Below, in pieces: positions 39,276 to 53,215 of a stretch of 64,000 bases of DNA. The notes under the pieces are model-generated. The model searched no databases. It was given only the letters and a program-made list of their open reading frames with translations, and was not told where the DNA came from. The stretch is from Gracilinanus agilis (lineage: Eukaryota). The stretch is from positions 111,369,038-111,433,037 of the forward strand of contig NC_058132.1 in assembly GCF_016433145.1 (NCBI RefSeq), read 5' to 3'. The number at the start of each line of letters is the position of its first letter. Positions within the stretch are counted from its first letter, which is position 1. Made by a program: the position numbers and the translations under genes.

Positions 39276-40259
39276 CAAGATTTTACTAACCTTTTATCAT
39301 GAAACCATATTTTTATTATGTGAATATTCATCATAACTTTGATGAATAGTCCCTTTTATCAAGCCTAAACTTGATTATAGCCCATACAATTTCAGTGGGA
39401 CTTAAATTAGGTGAGTTCCTGGGCCAATGAAGCAGGTATATTTTTATTTCTTAGATATATTTATTAATTTATCTAATTAATTAACTTTCATGACACGTGG
39501 CATGATACAAAGTTCTATAAATATTAACTATTAAAATAAAAACCTTCCTTGTATAGACAATACTTCCCAGCTCAACAATCTTCTGTTGCTCCCTATGCAT
39601 CCAGTATAAAACATAAACTTTTCAGCTTGGCATTTAAAACCCTTCCCAACCTGACTCAAGCCCACCTTTTCCCATTTATTTCACATTATACCTCCATATA
39701 TATATCCTGCATGTCAAACACAGTAATCTCAAACTCAGTGTTCCGTTAAATGTAACTGTGCCTTTCCATAAATTGTTTCTCATACCTTGAATATCCTCTC
39801 TCCTCACTTAGGTCTCTAAAATTGTTAGTTTATTTCAGAATTCAGGTATTAATAGTCAATCAATATACATTTATTAAATATCTACTATGAGACAGGCACT
39901 GTGCCACTGTGTTCAGCTCAGGTTCCACTTCCCACATAAGACCTTTTTTAATCCCTAGATTAATGGCCCTTCTAATTATTGATTATGCCAGCAAAGTGCA
40001 AATTCTGGCAAGTTCCTGGAATGATTTGGGGTATGATCCTGGAAATGAACTGAATCAGCTGGCCAAATAACTAAGTCAACTAATATTCCTACTCAAATGA
40101 TCATGTATTTATTTATCTGTTTATATGTTATGTTCTCCACTCCTAAAACACAATATACTCCTTAAGAGCAGGGATTTATTTTGCCTTGGTTTTTATATCC
40201 CCATTGTCTTGTATATAGTAGGTGCTTGATAAATGCTTGATTAATTGAATTTATAAATA

Positions 40260-41660
40260 TAAGCCATTTTACATGTTATCCTCCTGCCAGGTTAATCAGT
40301 TAATACTATTGGAATTATGTGGTTTAATTGTATCTTGCTCCAAGTTTTCTAAAGATTTGTTTTCACTTTCACTGTTTATATTTTTTTTAAAAAGGGTTAC
40401 TCTTCAGAAATCTCCTGTTATCCTTTTCTGTAGTATTTATAAATGAGTTTATATTTTAACAGAGATAATTGTCATTGCTTTAACAAAGTGAAAAAGTGTT
40501 CGATGACTAAGCCCATTTCTGAGTGTTTTGGGTCTCCTTCTTGTGGTGGCTGCTTAATGTCAGCTAAATTTTTACAGGAAATGGTAATATTAATGTCAAT
40601 ATCTTTGCCTTTTTCTATGTCTTATTTTTTCCCTTTTAAAGCTTGTTTGAAGAGATCATGTTGAAGTTATTTCAATTTTATGTGATAATATTTTTCTCAT
40701 TTTCATTCTTCCTTCTGATTGGGTATTGATTTTGATCTTTGTTTATTTTAACTCTAAACTGGCAGCTAATTTTGAGTAGCCAATGTTTTTCAGTTAGTTG
40801 GGAGGAAATTAATTTGATTTTTTGTCATATTTTCCAATGTACACTCCATCTCATATCTTATAACTCTCTGTTTGAAGAAAATAACTATAATATGTTGATG
40901 TGTGGGAGAATCTTGATTAGCCTTGGACCTCTTTCACTTAAACCATTTCTTATACTTATACGCTTATACTTGAACCATTATTTTAACCTACTTTTTACTG
41001 TCCTTTCCTGAATTTACCTTTACACTGAAGTTACTAAATTTCAGAAGTATATGCCTGATATGTAAAATATTGTAAAGTTCTTTGTAGCATTTCTTTCCTC
41101 TTCATCCTCTGCATTGTATTAATCTCTACCTGTAATTTTTTTCATGATAGTCTGTTTACTTATGCTCATCATGAATCTTGTAAGAAAAGATGACCAAGCT
41201 TTTCATGAAATGATGTGTCATTTCCCCTTGCACAATGACCAACTTCCTTTGTTTTTCTGCTTTCATTTATTGTAAAGAATGTCAATACTCATGTAGTTGT
41301 GTTTCCTAAAACATGTCAATTTGCTGTTCACTAGATAAACACTTCATATGGAGAATACCAACAGTTAACATGGTTAGATATGACCTAACAATTGTGTTAT
41401 TCTTAGCACCCTTTCCTCCTTTTCCATCACTTTGCCAAATCACTGTCCAAGTAGAAAGGTACCACACAGGTCTGATAGACATCTTTTACTTTTCTTTGTT
41501 TCATGGATTGCCATGGTCAAAAAATTTTCTTTACCTGGGGTCCAACTTAGTCTTTGAACTACAGATTCAGTCTGTTATAAGGATCATACTTAAAACCTTC
41601 CAAGAATGATAAAACTTGCCTGATCTTATACGCAACTGGCATAACCTCTGAGAATTTAAA
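40260..41660 (-). mobile_element. Old L1 ORF2 fragment
   Basis: T-rich reverse-complement L1 ORF2-like sequence; accounts for incidental ORFs at 40443-41609. Confidence 0.6.
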
Positions 41661-41824
41661 ATCTCCTTTATGCCTTAATGAGGTGTCAAAGTAGGATTTA
41701 GTTGAGGGCATCTGACAGCAGAATGAGTTGGAAGAGGAGAGTAGAATTGGGAAGACTTGTGAGGAAGCTATAGCAATACCAGAAGTACTTAAGCCTTGCT
41801 CAGCATAGATAGATACCCTGTACT

Positions 41825-42015
41825 ATAGGAAGAAAGGAAAAAAGGAGGGAGGGAGGAAGAGAAGGAAGGAAGAAAGGAAGGAAGAGAAAAGAGAGTGAGA
41901 AAAAAGGAGTGAAAGAAGAGAGAAAGTGAGAAAGAAAGAGAAAAGAAAAAAGGAAGGGAAAGGGAGGGAGAAAAAACAAAGAAAGAGAAAAAAACAAAGA
42001 AGGAAATAAAAATGC
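41825..42015. repeat. GA-rich polypurine low-complexity tract
   Basis: Almost entirely A/G over ~190 bp. Confidence 0.9.
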
Positions 42016-43773
42016 TTATGGTGAGGCAGAAAGAAAAGGAATCAGGTAAAATGAAGACTGGAAAAAGTGAGCTTAATTGAAGAAAAAATACATCTTAGGT
42101 AAGCTAAATAGAATATTGCCTCTGCCCTCCTCATACCTCACTCACCCACCAAAAATAAAAATGTGATGAAGAACTGGCCCCTGGGAAGTTTTCTGAGTAG
42201 AGAAAAGAATCATCCTTTGACTCTGAGGACAAAGAAATGGATGACTAATAGATTTTCCACCTATTGTATATATGATATTTTGTGAAGGTTTTCAATTAAA
42301 AGAGAGAGGGAAAAACTAATTGAGGAGCCCTGGAGATAAGGAAGAGTTGTGTCTTTTTAACTTTATTGACCAAATGCAGAATGTGATTTTTTTTCCTAAT
42401 GAAAATGGTGATTACCTGTAATCCCAGTGGACATGGCGTGACTAATTCATTATTTCCCAGGGCATTTTTTCTATCTTTTTTTTCATAGCATTTACTCTGT
42501 TTACTTTCCTTATTGATATCTCACTTACTTCTCATTACAACCTGAAGGGATGTCAAAACCCCAAACCTGAACCACTTCCCCAAATCCAGGGGACACTTAA
42601 AAGAGGAGAGCTCTGCTAGAGATGGTGTTGAATAACTCTAACACAGAATGCTGTTTCTTCACAAGATGGAATGGAGTTGTCAGTTGAGCAAGAGGGCAAT
42701 CCTGGAAACTAGATATATCCTCAGCTTCTCAAGAGCCAGTGTGGTCCTATGATCTTATTTGAATATCCTATCTAGTGTACCAGTATTTCACTTTACAGAA
42801 AACCAATATAAATGTTTTAATTCCTTATCTATCACTTGGTTTTTGTACCACCTTCTCAGGATGTATCTTCAGAGTTAACTTTGCAGCCAGTTATACAAGC
42901 CAAAGCCAGTGCCACAGTTACTCTGACTTGTTGTCCCAATACAGGTAGCTCTAGGAGGAAATAGCATCTGAACAACTGTTGTAAGAATTGGAGGCTTCAG
43001 AGATGAATAATATCCAAAAAACACTAATTTTAAAATTTCAGCATCTAGGAGAAAGCCCTTTTTTTCCCCTTAAATCAAGAGTTAGAGACTATTTAGTGAA
43101 TATTTCATAAGTGTTAGAAATTCTAGAAATTAGTATTCTCTCCACCAATGCAAATGTTAGCCTATTTATAACTTATTAATAATTACAAGAGTTTTAGAGA
43201 CTTAGTCAGAGTCACACAGATAAGCTTCACCATCAGGACTTCTTGGCTCTAAGATTAGGGCTCTATCTACTATACTCTCAACCTGATGAGAAATATTTAA
43301 CAAAATAAATATGCAATGCCACTTAGACAATATTAATTTGTGATTTTCTATCCATTTCTATTTGAGGTTGACACCATTGCAGTATAACATCTTCTTGAAA
43401 CTTTTAGGGCCTCATCTCAGTTAAAAGCTGAATTTTGATAAAAATGATCCCTTTATCCAAAAAACTTTCAATTGACTACAGATTAGTTTCACAATTTGTT
43501 AAGTTAGAATTGCTGATGGGGAAACTGTAAAAGTCATGGGAAAGATGTGATGGGCTAGTGGGTGACAGAGCAACTCAAAGGGTCCTTGACAATTCATGCT
43601 GAATCAGTTCTCATGGGAAGCTGAGTCATGCCAAAGCATTTCCATCTAGGGTAAAGCAGAAAGCAAGAACAGAGTTCCTAAGAAGAAAAATCCAGGAACA
43701 AAATGGGGAAACTAGAGTTAGAGAAATTAACTCTGCAGGAACCAAGAGCCATCAAAGACTGAACCACTAAACA

Positions 43774-44190
43774 TGTATAGTCAGGGTTCTTTCTCTACCT
43801 TGTGGACTGTTTTAAGCACAGGCACTATCCTTTGTTAATCCTCTGTAATTTAGCTAGTGGGGGGGGGGGGGGGAGGCCTAGACAAGAATGAGAGCAAGGA
43901 AGGTAGCCCCTACCAGCTGCCTTCTTTATCCTTTTAGGCCACAGTCATAACTAGCCATTTTGGGATCTTTAGTAAGCTTCACAAAACAGATCCACAAATC
44001 AACTTCAGCAGAGACAGGGAGAAGAGACTCCAGGTCATAAATCTCTGAGAGGAAAAAGACTCCAGGACCCTGCCCTATATAAGGGAGACAGAAACACCAG
44101 CCCCCCGTGTGGCTAGGGGAAGGAAGCCTGCCATCAGGTAGCTTTCCACTTTAATTATTCTTACTAATTACATTCAATAAAACAAACTCA
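43774..44190 (+). mobile_element. Probable solo LTR with TATA box and AATAAA
   Basis: TGTA start, ctatataaggg near 44075, aataaa near 44176; 3' end and TSD uncertain. Confidence 0.55.
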
Positions 44191-44244
44191 GTGAAGTCAG
44201 GAACTATTTCCTGTTTGTGTGTTTCTCCAGAGCATAGGACTGTT

Positions 44245-44460
44245 AAAGCAGTGAGGTAGTAAATGGATAGAATACTAAGCCTGAAGGCAGGAAGATCTGG
44301 GCTATGTGATCCTGGGAAAGTCACACTATTTGCCTTAGTTTCCTCAGCTATAAAATGGGGACAATAATAGCACCTACCTTTCAGGGTTGTTGAGAGGATC
44401 AAATGAGATAATATTTTTAAAGCTCCTGGTACAAGGTCTGGCACATGATAAGCTCTTAAA
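44245..44460 (+). mobile_element. MIR/CORE-SINE
   Basis: gccttagtttcctcagctataaaatggggacaataatagcacctacc. Confidence 0.85.
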
Positions 44461-45894
44461 TTCTTATTTTCTTTCTTCCTTCAACCTGCTTCTCAAAAGA
44501 GACATTAGGAAGACAAACAAATACCACATGAAAAGTTCACTGGGTTCCATGAAGGAAAGATGCTATATGAGCCCAAGTCATTTTTTTTTTTCTGTATGCC
44601 ATTTCTACCTTGATGAAGGTAACTCTAGGTTCTTAAAAGCTTAACAGTTCTTAAAGTACAAATGTTGGCATATCCTATCAAGATGGAGAGACTTTGTACA
44701 TGAACCCAGCAAGGGACTCTGGGACATAATAGCTAAAATCTCAGGTTTGTTACTTCCAAGTTGTATGACATCTGAGCTGTTCTATAAAATGATGGGGTTG
44801 GTCGATAGAATCTCATCTTAAAGTTTGTTCTTGTGCTAAATCCACAATCTGTGAACAAGAATCTTTTATGCTGCTGTTAACTCCAAAGACCACTTTCCAA
44901 TTCTATTATAGCTCCTTTGGTTCCTAGAATCTAGCCTGGCCAATTAGTGGATACTTCTGGTCAGCATATTTAACTCCCTTTCTTTGCTAGCCTGAATTTC
45001 AGCAAAACACTTTGACTTGGTCATACTCCAAATCTGTTTTTCCTTTTTCTCCTCTCCGATTCCCATTCCATTACTCATTTACAAGATTGGCAATTTGAGA
45101 GCACTTGCCTGTCTCCAGACTATAGGAAGAGCCAGATGAGACCTCAGACAATATTTGTAATGCTCTGTAATATATTGCATTTACTTTCAAATTCATGATG
45201 GCAGGGACATTATTATTTTTGTATCTATCCCCGGCCAACCAATATAGTACTTTGCATTTAGGCATTTAGTAAATGATTTTTGAATAATAATGGTTGGCCT
45301 TTGTATATGTAATTCTGTGCCCTTTATTCCCATTCTTTCAATGCCCTAATTTGCTAGCTGTGTGGAACAGGGGATATGCTTCTGAGTTTGGGGTGGGCAA
45401 AGGGAAAGGAACTAAGGTGATATATCTGAAGAAGGGAAAAGTGAACATGCTTAAGTTCTCTCAGAGAGGGTCACTGAGGCACATTAAAGTTGTTTTCTAG
45501 TTGTGAGGTTTTACCACTAATTCCATCCCTTCTGCTTCACTTATAGTGGGTTAGCTGCATCCAGAAAAGGTTGGAGGTCCCTGCCAGAGATAGAACAGCC
45601 CAGATCTAAAAAGGTTTCTATTGCTTCCTGAATCGATGGAGCCAGAGTTTATTCCCTATACTTTGAATTCCATGTCTAAGGTTCCTGCAGAATTTTAGCA
45701 TTAGCATCTAATGACCAGCCTAGCTAGATACATGAATGCAATATAAAACTTCAAGTATTATCTTGTTTGTACTTCCTTGTCTACTCAAAGGAAGAATGAA
45801 TTGTGCATTATGACTAGAAAACTTAGGTTTGGAGCAACCCTTTTGTCTGGTACTTCCTTGATATAGCTCAGTGGGCTTATGATATTCAGAAGAT

Positions 45895-46128
45895 CAAGGA
45901 TTCTTAAACTTTTTTGTGTCATATGTCATTTTAACATTATGGTAAAGACCATGCACTCCTTCTCAGAATAATGCTTAAAAACATAAACTAAAATACATAA
46001 ACTAAATTCATAGAAATATTTCAATTAAGCTGAAATAAACATGTTCTCTTTCCATCCAAGTTCATGGACACTCTGAAATCTATGCACAGACCAGTTGGGG
46101 TCATAAACACCAGGTTAAAAAACTTTTG
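45895..46128. mobile_element. Old hAT-Charlie MITE
   Basis: Degenerate TIRs caaggattcttaaact / ggttaaaaaacttttg. Confidence 0.65.
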
Positions 46129-46970
46129 CAATAGTTTTCTTTACTATTATTGTTATCTTGCTAATTTATAAATTCTGTGCAAAAATATAAAAATACCTAC
46201 AGTATATTAGCAAGCCTATCAATTTCATGAAGAATCAATTCTATTATACCATGGTCATCTAACTAAGTATAATAGAAATATAGAAAGATAAAAAAGAAAG
46301 CACATTTTGGTTAAGTAGGGGCTCAGAAATAATTTCTGGTTCAGTACATCCACAAATCTATACCCTCCTTAACAATGTGTGCACACGAATTCATAGAAAA
46401 GGAAGAAATGAAAGGATAGAAGTTCACTAATTCTCTGACAACAATAGAAAACTAAGGATAAATTTGGGATTCCCTAGGACCCAGATCCTCAGAACTGAAT
46501 AGGACCAGGTGAATGTATATCAGCATCCCCAGTGGTTAAACATGAGGGTTCATTTTAATCCTCATAACTATACTGTAAGACTGCTAGTATAGCTATTATT
46601 ATCCCCATTTCAGAGATGAAAAAACTGAAGTTCAAAGAGGTTAAATGACTTATGTAATAATAAATCTAGAATTGGAAGGAATCTCAGAGGCCATATAGTG
46701 CAACTCTCCAATTTTGTAGATGTAGAATTGTGTTCAGTATGACAATAGGTAGTAAGCAATAGAGTCATGATTTGAGCCCAAGTTTCTCTTGATTCCAAGT
46801 TCCACATTCTTTCCACTAGATCACTACAGTATCCACCTCAAAGATCTCTTCAGTTTTTGCAGAAAGTACTCACTTACTAAAGATCAATTATTCAAACTGG
46901 GAAGTTTTCTTTTTCCTCTGCTTCAACATGCTTCTCAGAAAGTATATTGGGAAAATACAACAAATATCAT

Positions 46971-47262
46971 TTTGTGGATAGAATTTTGCTCCCCAGGGAC
47001 TCTGTCTCCCAGCATCCCATCTACATGTTTATGTTACATACTAACATAGGAGAAATAATTTTTGTATAGCTTCACCCTTATTCTCTTCTTCCTGGAACAC
47101 AGCTGGGGAGGCTGGGGGGAGAGCTTGACAGGAAAAATTTACTGATGTGGTTTTACTCAGGTTTTTATTTTTGTTCCTTTACTTCTTCTACTTCAAGTGA
47201 TTATTAATAAACTTTATAAAATATAATACTCGGAGTTATTGGATATTAATTTAAATCTTACA
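46971..47262 (+). mobile_element. 5' LTR (292 bp)
   Basis: ~85% identical to 52489-52782 by manual count; AATAAA; ends in CA; initial TG mutated to TT. Confidence 0.9.
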
Positions 47263-47266
47263 TTGT

Positions 47267-47283
47267 TGGTGACATGAAGGGAC
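47267..47283 (+). promoter_or_regulatory. Primer-binding site, tRNA-Arg type, CpG-decayed
   Basis: tggtgacatgaagggac versus TGGCGACCACGAAGGGAC (complement of the tRNA-Arg(CCG) 3' end, from memory): two CpG>TpG changes and one C lost. Confidence 0.75.
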
Positions 47284-47286
47284 TTG

Positions 47287-47938
47287 TCTGACTGTGGCAT
47301 TTGGTGAAGCCAAGAGCAAATCACCAACAAATTGTATCAAACAGCTATTCTGAAATTTAATATTTGCTAAATCCTGTTTTTAAAATTGTGAAAGCAATGT
47401 AGGACTGTCCACAAACCCTTGTGGTAACCAGGACCATGTCCCTGGAAGTCTTTCCAGGTGAAGGTGAATATATTCCTGGAATTTTCATGAATTGATATTA
47501 AGAAGAATGCTGAACACAGATCTACTACAGTAAAATATGTGATGGTACTAGGAATAGAGGAGATAATTGTACCTGGGCTTGGAACCACAGGATGTCTCTT
47601 TATGACATGATTATTTACAGCTCTTAAATCTTATAAAAATCTATAGACGGGTTTTCCATCTGTACCTAATTTTGGCTTTTTAACAGGTAGAATAGGTGTA
47701 TTATATTTGGATTTGCATTGAATTATTATTCCTTGTTCAATTAGTGGATTTATTACTGGAATAATTCCCTCAATTGCCTCTTTTATAAGGGATACTGAGG
47801 AATGAAAGGAGGTAGGCCACCTTTTGTCTTAATTTGAACAGGAACAGCTGATTTAAGTAGGCCAACATCAGACAATGATGTGGCCCAAAGAGATTTTAGT
47901 ATATTGGCTGGTATTTCAAAGGTGGGAGGCTCCTTCAC
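47287..47938 (-). pseudogene. pol: Retroviral pol reverse-transcriptase N-terminal fragment, antisense to the host provirus
   Basis: Minus strand reads ...LWATSLSDVGLLKSAVPVQIKTK...PQYPL*...YNTPILPVKKPK...YRFL*DLRAVNNHVIKRHPVVPSPGTIISSIP...VVDLCSAFF, then after a frameshift LPQGFVDSP...QFVGDLLLAS (decayed YVDD). Contains stops and frameshifts. Confidence 0.9.
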
Positions 47939-50174
47939 ACTTGCTCCTCTCTAAGTTGGTAGAGCAATTTTTTTAATAGACAAAAAGACAGATTAGTTTT
48001 AAAAGCCTCTGCCACTCTCACTGCTCCTCTTCCTCCCACCGCTGTTTCTGCTATCTGCAAGCTACTGCAGTTTATGCTGTTGCTCCCCTTGCTCCCGCCA
48101 CAGCCTACCTACCACTGCTGTTTGCCTGAAGGTCTGAGAGCTGTTTAGAAGCACTTTCTTTTTCTTGCCAGAAGGGTGAGATCCAAATCCCCTTGGTCTA
48201 CCCCCTACACACACACAACCATGGGAGTCTCAAGACTACACTAGCTTCTTTTCAGCAGAGGAACACAGCTTGGGACAGCCTTCCCATGCTATTCACCCCA
48301 ACCCCAGCCTGGTTAACCCCGTGGGGCTTCCATGCTCCTGGCTATGGGGGCAGGGACTGAGGTGTCGTGGGGTCACTGGCTTTGCCCTTAGCAGGGAGGG
48401 GAAGGAAAGTTACTCTTTCAAACCTCTTAACTTTACTTCTAGCCAGTACATACTAGGGTAGTGCCACCTATGGACAGGAAGTAGAATTGCAAGCATGGCC
48501 TAGTTTCCTGCCTATCTCAAACAGCTCCCATTCCCAGAGAGCATTACTGAGCTCGTGCAACTCAAAGTTTTAGGATGTCTTTTCTTGCTGCCATTCCTTG
48601 GTGTTCTTGTATTGATAGGATACCTTGCAGTTGATAGCTTGAGTAATCTCAAGATTTGGAGGGGAGATTCATCTCCCTACACTCCCTTGCGATTTTGGCC
48701 TGCCTGGTCTCTTCAATACATCCAATATGGGGTTCATCCACACTATGCTCAGTGCAAGTATGGGGAACCCCAAAAGTGTGACTAAAGGAATCTAGAAGGA
48801 TGATGGTACTGGTAAGGGGAAGGAACCTCAAAGAGTATGGAGGTAAATTTTAAGCCTTTTCAGACTCCACTTGCCTTATTGATACTAACTGTTTCAGTTT
48901 GTTCCCCTCCGAATAGTCAAGAAGTCTCTGTAATGCAGCTATCAGAATTGGAGAAAAGGACTCTTGGATTGATTGCTCACATGTTAAACTTTTTATTAAC
49001 AGAGTGACTGTATCCTGTCACACTTATTGTATTTGCTGATTGTTTGCTTTAAAATTCAATTTTGTTTTTTAAGTTCACATATTGATCTATTCTAATGTAT
49101 TCTGTTACCCTATGTCATTTTTAGTTACTGTGTTTTGGCCTTTAGCTATATGTGCTGTTACATTGTCTTTATTTGTACCTTCCCCTATGACTGGACTGGA
49201 GAAAATACTGTTATAAAAGTCCATAAACAACTTGGACAAACCCTTTTCTGTGGCAAAAATATAGGTTCTTATGGATACTGGGTTTGTCACCAGATCCATT
49301 GAGGTCACATGTTGCCTAAATGGCCTTTTGTTTCTTTTTGTCTTTCTTAATTGTCACATAGATGATGATGGATGGACTCCATCAAACTGGTTACAACCTG
49401 TATACAACCTCTGGGGAATTTAATGAGCTAAAAAAATCTCAATTTGATTTTAAGGGTCTTCAGAAGTGATTTTCAGATATCTAGTAGCACCACTACCTCT
49501 GACTGATCATTTGCCTATCTTTGACTTGTGTGTAACAAGAGGTAAGGATCCATTTAGTAGTTGAAGTGAAGTGCAATAGCACTATTATATTCTCCACCTC
49601 CACATTTATTAAAAATGTAATGGATGAGACATCAGAGATAATTTTCTCAATTTTAATCCTTGCCTCCACTTTATAATGGATGGGACTTATAAAGACATGC
49701 CTTTTACAGCTGTTACAGTCTCGTACCAGAGGAGGGAGGTTTCCCAAGGGGCTTGGTTACCCTGTAATGGGTTATAATCTCATTTGGGAGGTGGGAAGGA
49801 TTTCCCAGGGGGCTTTATAACCCCTGAATGGCTCCCAAAGGGAAAATTTCCCATGGAGTCTAGTGGTTCCTGGATGATTTTTATATTTGTTACTCTTCAG
49901 TTTACTCTACCCTTCCACCAGAATGATCTAGAGGTGACATTTTAGACCCAAAAGGTTTTCATCAGCAGTACAGAGGTGTTTTTTTCTTTTCTTTTCTGGT
50001 TTATCCTGTCACATTTTAGAATGATGATAGTAATGGACTTTGTTGAAAATATCTCTGCCAAGGTTGAAAGATTGGCTAGATCTGGAGAACTTGTGACAAG
50101 TATCCATGAACTTCATAGGTTTTTTTAAAATGTCAAACAGTAAGTGGCTAGACTCATTTGAATCCTAATGATAG

Positions 50175-50814
50175 TGTAAGAAGGGAAATTAGATATCTAT
50201 ATATATATATTTAAGGTGTGGTCGCCAGGAATTAATCAAATTTAGATTGATTCCATAATTAAAAATAGACCCAAGTCAGGATGGCTTTTATGGTAGTTTA
50301 TTTACAATTAGGAAGGTTGAAGGTAGGGAGATAGAGAGAGAGAGAAACTCTGGCCAGACCTCTGGTCTGACCTGAAGGAGGATTTAGAGCTAAATTAAAC
50401 AAGATTACTAGCCACAAGGCCTTGACAATTAGAGAGGCAAAGAAGCCTCCTTGAGGATAGATATTCTAGAATGCCAAGAGAGGCGAAGGGAAGGCAGCCT
50501 AACTTGCCCATGTGAGAATTCAGAGGGAAGCTGCCTGAGGTCTCACCAGAGATCCTTCAGCACCAAGTTCAAAGTGCCAACCTCCTCACAGGAAGTTACC
50601 AGCCGCCTTCTTCACTTCCCGCACCCACCTCTAATTTCAAACAGATAAATGGCAGTCTCAACACTGTTTTGGACTGCCCAAAGGGCAGTCCCTTGTTCTT
50701 GATTTGTTACTTATTTTCACGTGTCTCCCCTCTCCACTAAGGGAGGTGGGTTGACATTATCTCTGGTGGCTAAAGTTTTAACTATGAATGGGGTGAGCTA
50801 ATTCCATTTACACA
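50175..50814 (-). mobile_element. Solo LTR (640 bp) nested in the provirus
   Basis: TG...CA; perfect TSD ATAG at 50171-50174 and 50815-50818. Confidence 0.9.
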
Positions 50815-50875
50815 ATAGTGAGTTTGTTTGCTATTGTCATTAAATGGGCTCTTGTGATTTTGAGGATTTTCATAC

Positions 50876-51309
50876 TGTTATAAAATATGGAGGAATGGAT
50901 AATAGAGGCTACTGGAGGTTCTTCACCCTCTCACTAACTCACTAACTCACTAACTCACTAACTCTGGCCTGACTTGGCCGGAGCCAAGCCAAAGATTAGG
51001 GAAGACTATCGATGGTTTTTGATGACAGTATCACTGCTCTCTCTCAGCCCTATTGACAATGATGGTAATTGCTCTCTAGCTCTCTCAGTAAGGCAAGTTG
51101 GATTGCAGTTACGGGCCTACCCTCCCTCGCCACCTCCCAAGTTCTACTCCAGACTGAGCCACATGTGCTGTGCCTGGTGAGTATTTATAGGGTTGGCTCC
51201 AATGGACTTTTGCCCTGGCTCACAGCATCTGGGTACGTTCGGAGATGTTCAACTGCCGGTCTTGTTACTCAAAGGTGGTGTCCATCTTGTCCCAGAAATC
51301 AATATAACA
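50876..51309 (-). mobile_element. Second nested solo LTR (434 bp) with (CACTAACT)x4 microrepeat
   Basis: Inverted termini TGTTATA...TATAACA; TSD atac/atag; related to 56818-57371. Orientation tentative. Confidence 0.8.
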
Positions 51310-52488
51310 ATAGTTTGAATGTGCATTAGCAGCTGTACTACTATTTTATAAAGTTACTTGGTGAAAATCATGTGCACTCAAACTGTGGATCATGGCCAAG
51401 TTAAAAAGGAAATGGATCTCATTTCTGGGTGAGAAATCTTTGTATTGTGCCTCTATTTGGCTGACACTTTGTCATGAAATGTGAACTACATATTTTTGAT
51501 TTTTAAAAAATTTTATTATTGTTTTTCCTTGTATGTACAATAGAGTATTTGAGTTTTTCTTTCTCTCATTTTTTGTACTAAGTACCTCAGTTTGGCTGCC
51601 ATTTTGACTCCCCTAGCCCTAAGGGCAAAGGTAAAATCAGCCCAGGGAATGCTATTTCTCGTCTGCTTCAAAATCTAGTTCCTTTTCTTTCTTTTATGGT
51701 GTGGAAATTTTCTGTAGTCCTGACTGCTGATTAGGTAAGTGCACAATTGTACTATAGGCTTGTGGGACATATATCACTTTAATTGGGCCCTGGTTCAAGG
51801 ACCTGTTATGGGCTTATTTTTCCTTACTTAGAATTTTTGCACATGAGACTTTGATATTTCATGTGTCATCCAGAAATTGCTTTTTTCTCTTTTAATTGTT
51901 TTTTGATGTTTTTGATTTTCTTTTGAGATTTGATTCATATACCTCATAACTCAGCCATGTATCTTGGGGTGACCTATGTTTGGTCAATACCCTCCTCAGG
52001 GAAGATTGTATTATTGCCATAAAATTCTAGATTTATAAAAAATTTTTCTTGTTTGAGAGTAATTTTAGGATAAGAAACTCTCTACCTCCCCAAATCAAGA
52101 AAGTGAACTGTTTGGAGAAGGCACCATAAAGAAGCCTGCAGAAACTATATACTGTATCAAAAGATCCAGAATGAACTTTGGGATGTAGTGAATTGAACTG
52201 TGGGGGGTTAAATGCATTTATTTTGAATGTAAACTCTTATGCCAAAGAGGACTGCCCCCAATTTGTTTTTATTTGTTTTGTTCTCTTTCTCTTCTATTTC
52301 CCTTATCTTCAATTATTGTAATTTCCCCTTAGAAAGTGCAATACTGTATGTACCTCTAGTTAAAGATCTTTATCTTTAAAGATAAAGAGATATAAATTGG
52401 TTATGTGTACTGATTCATTGGGGAAACTAGGTATGTAAATCTGGGAGGTTTTTACATACTTATTTCCTGATGAAATCACAGAGGAGAT

Positions 52489-52782
52489 TGTATAGATAGA
52501 ATTTTGCTCCCCAAGGACTCTCTCTCCCAGCAACTCTTTTACCTATCTATGTTACATACTAATGTAGGGGAGATATAAGTTGTGTGTAGCTCCGCTCTCG
52601 CTTTCTTCTTTCCAGCACACAGCTAGGGAGGCTGGGGGGAGAGCTTGGCAGGAAAAATTTACTCACGTGGCTTTACTCGGGTTTGTATTTTTGTTTTCTT
52701 ACTTCTTCTACATCAAATGATTATTAATAAACTTTATAAAATATAATACATGGAGTTATTGGATATTAATTTAAATCTTACA
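52489..52782 (+). mobile_element. 3' LTR (294 bp)
   Basis: TG...CA; homologous to the 5' LTR. Confidence 0.9.
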
Positions 52783-52959
52783 TCACATGTATTTTTTCTA
52801 AGAAAAGGCAAAAAAAAAAGGAAATGGAAAGCTAACTAGCTTCAGAACCTTAAAGGCATCTCCCTTCTAATTGCTTCCTCAGAAGAAGAGTAGAGAAGTC
52901 ATGCTGAAAACATTTATTTTTTATTAAAAAAATATGAAAGACTTCTTTCAAACATTTTT

Positions 52960-53215
52960 TGCTTTTGTTGTTGTTCATTTGTTTCAGTTGTGTCAGACTT
53001 TTTGTTACTCCAGTTGGGATTTTCTTGGAAAAGATACTGGAATGATTGGCCATTTCCTTCTTCACCTATTTTATGGATGAGGAAATAAGGAAAACAGGGT
53101 TAAGTGACGTACCCATGGCTATATATCCAGTAAGTATCTGAGGCCAGTTTTAAACTTGGGGAGATAAGCCTTCCCAACTCCAGGCCTAATGATATATTCA
53201 TTGTGCTCCCTAATC
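52960..53215 (-). mobile_element. Mar1-like SINE
   Basis: gggattttcttggaaaagatactggaatgattggccatttccttc RTE tail plus CORE. Confidence 0.85.

Larger units (their letters stand above)
46971..52782 (+). mobile_element. Degenerate/non-autonomous class I (ERV1-like) provirus
   Basis: Paired LTRs, TSD tcat/tcac, PBS, and a purine-rich segment before the 3' LTR; no intact sense-strand gag/pol/env ORF seen. Confidence 0.9.

Noticed and set aside
42860-42990. Ig lambda V-like peptide DVSSELTLQPVIQAKASATVTLTCCPNTG after a cag acceptor
   Set aside because: Phase 0 rather than the phase 1 expected of a V exon; no WYQQ, no second Cys/YYC and no RSS downstream. Probably chance.
48400-50170. Possible gag/env ORF in the provirus interior
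   Set aside because: Only short ORFs with no MHR, zinc knuckle or ISD motif recognisable; treated as degenerate internal sequence.
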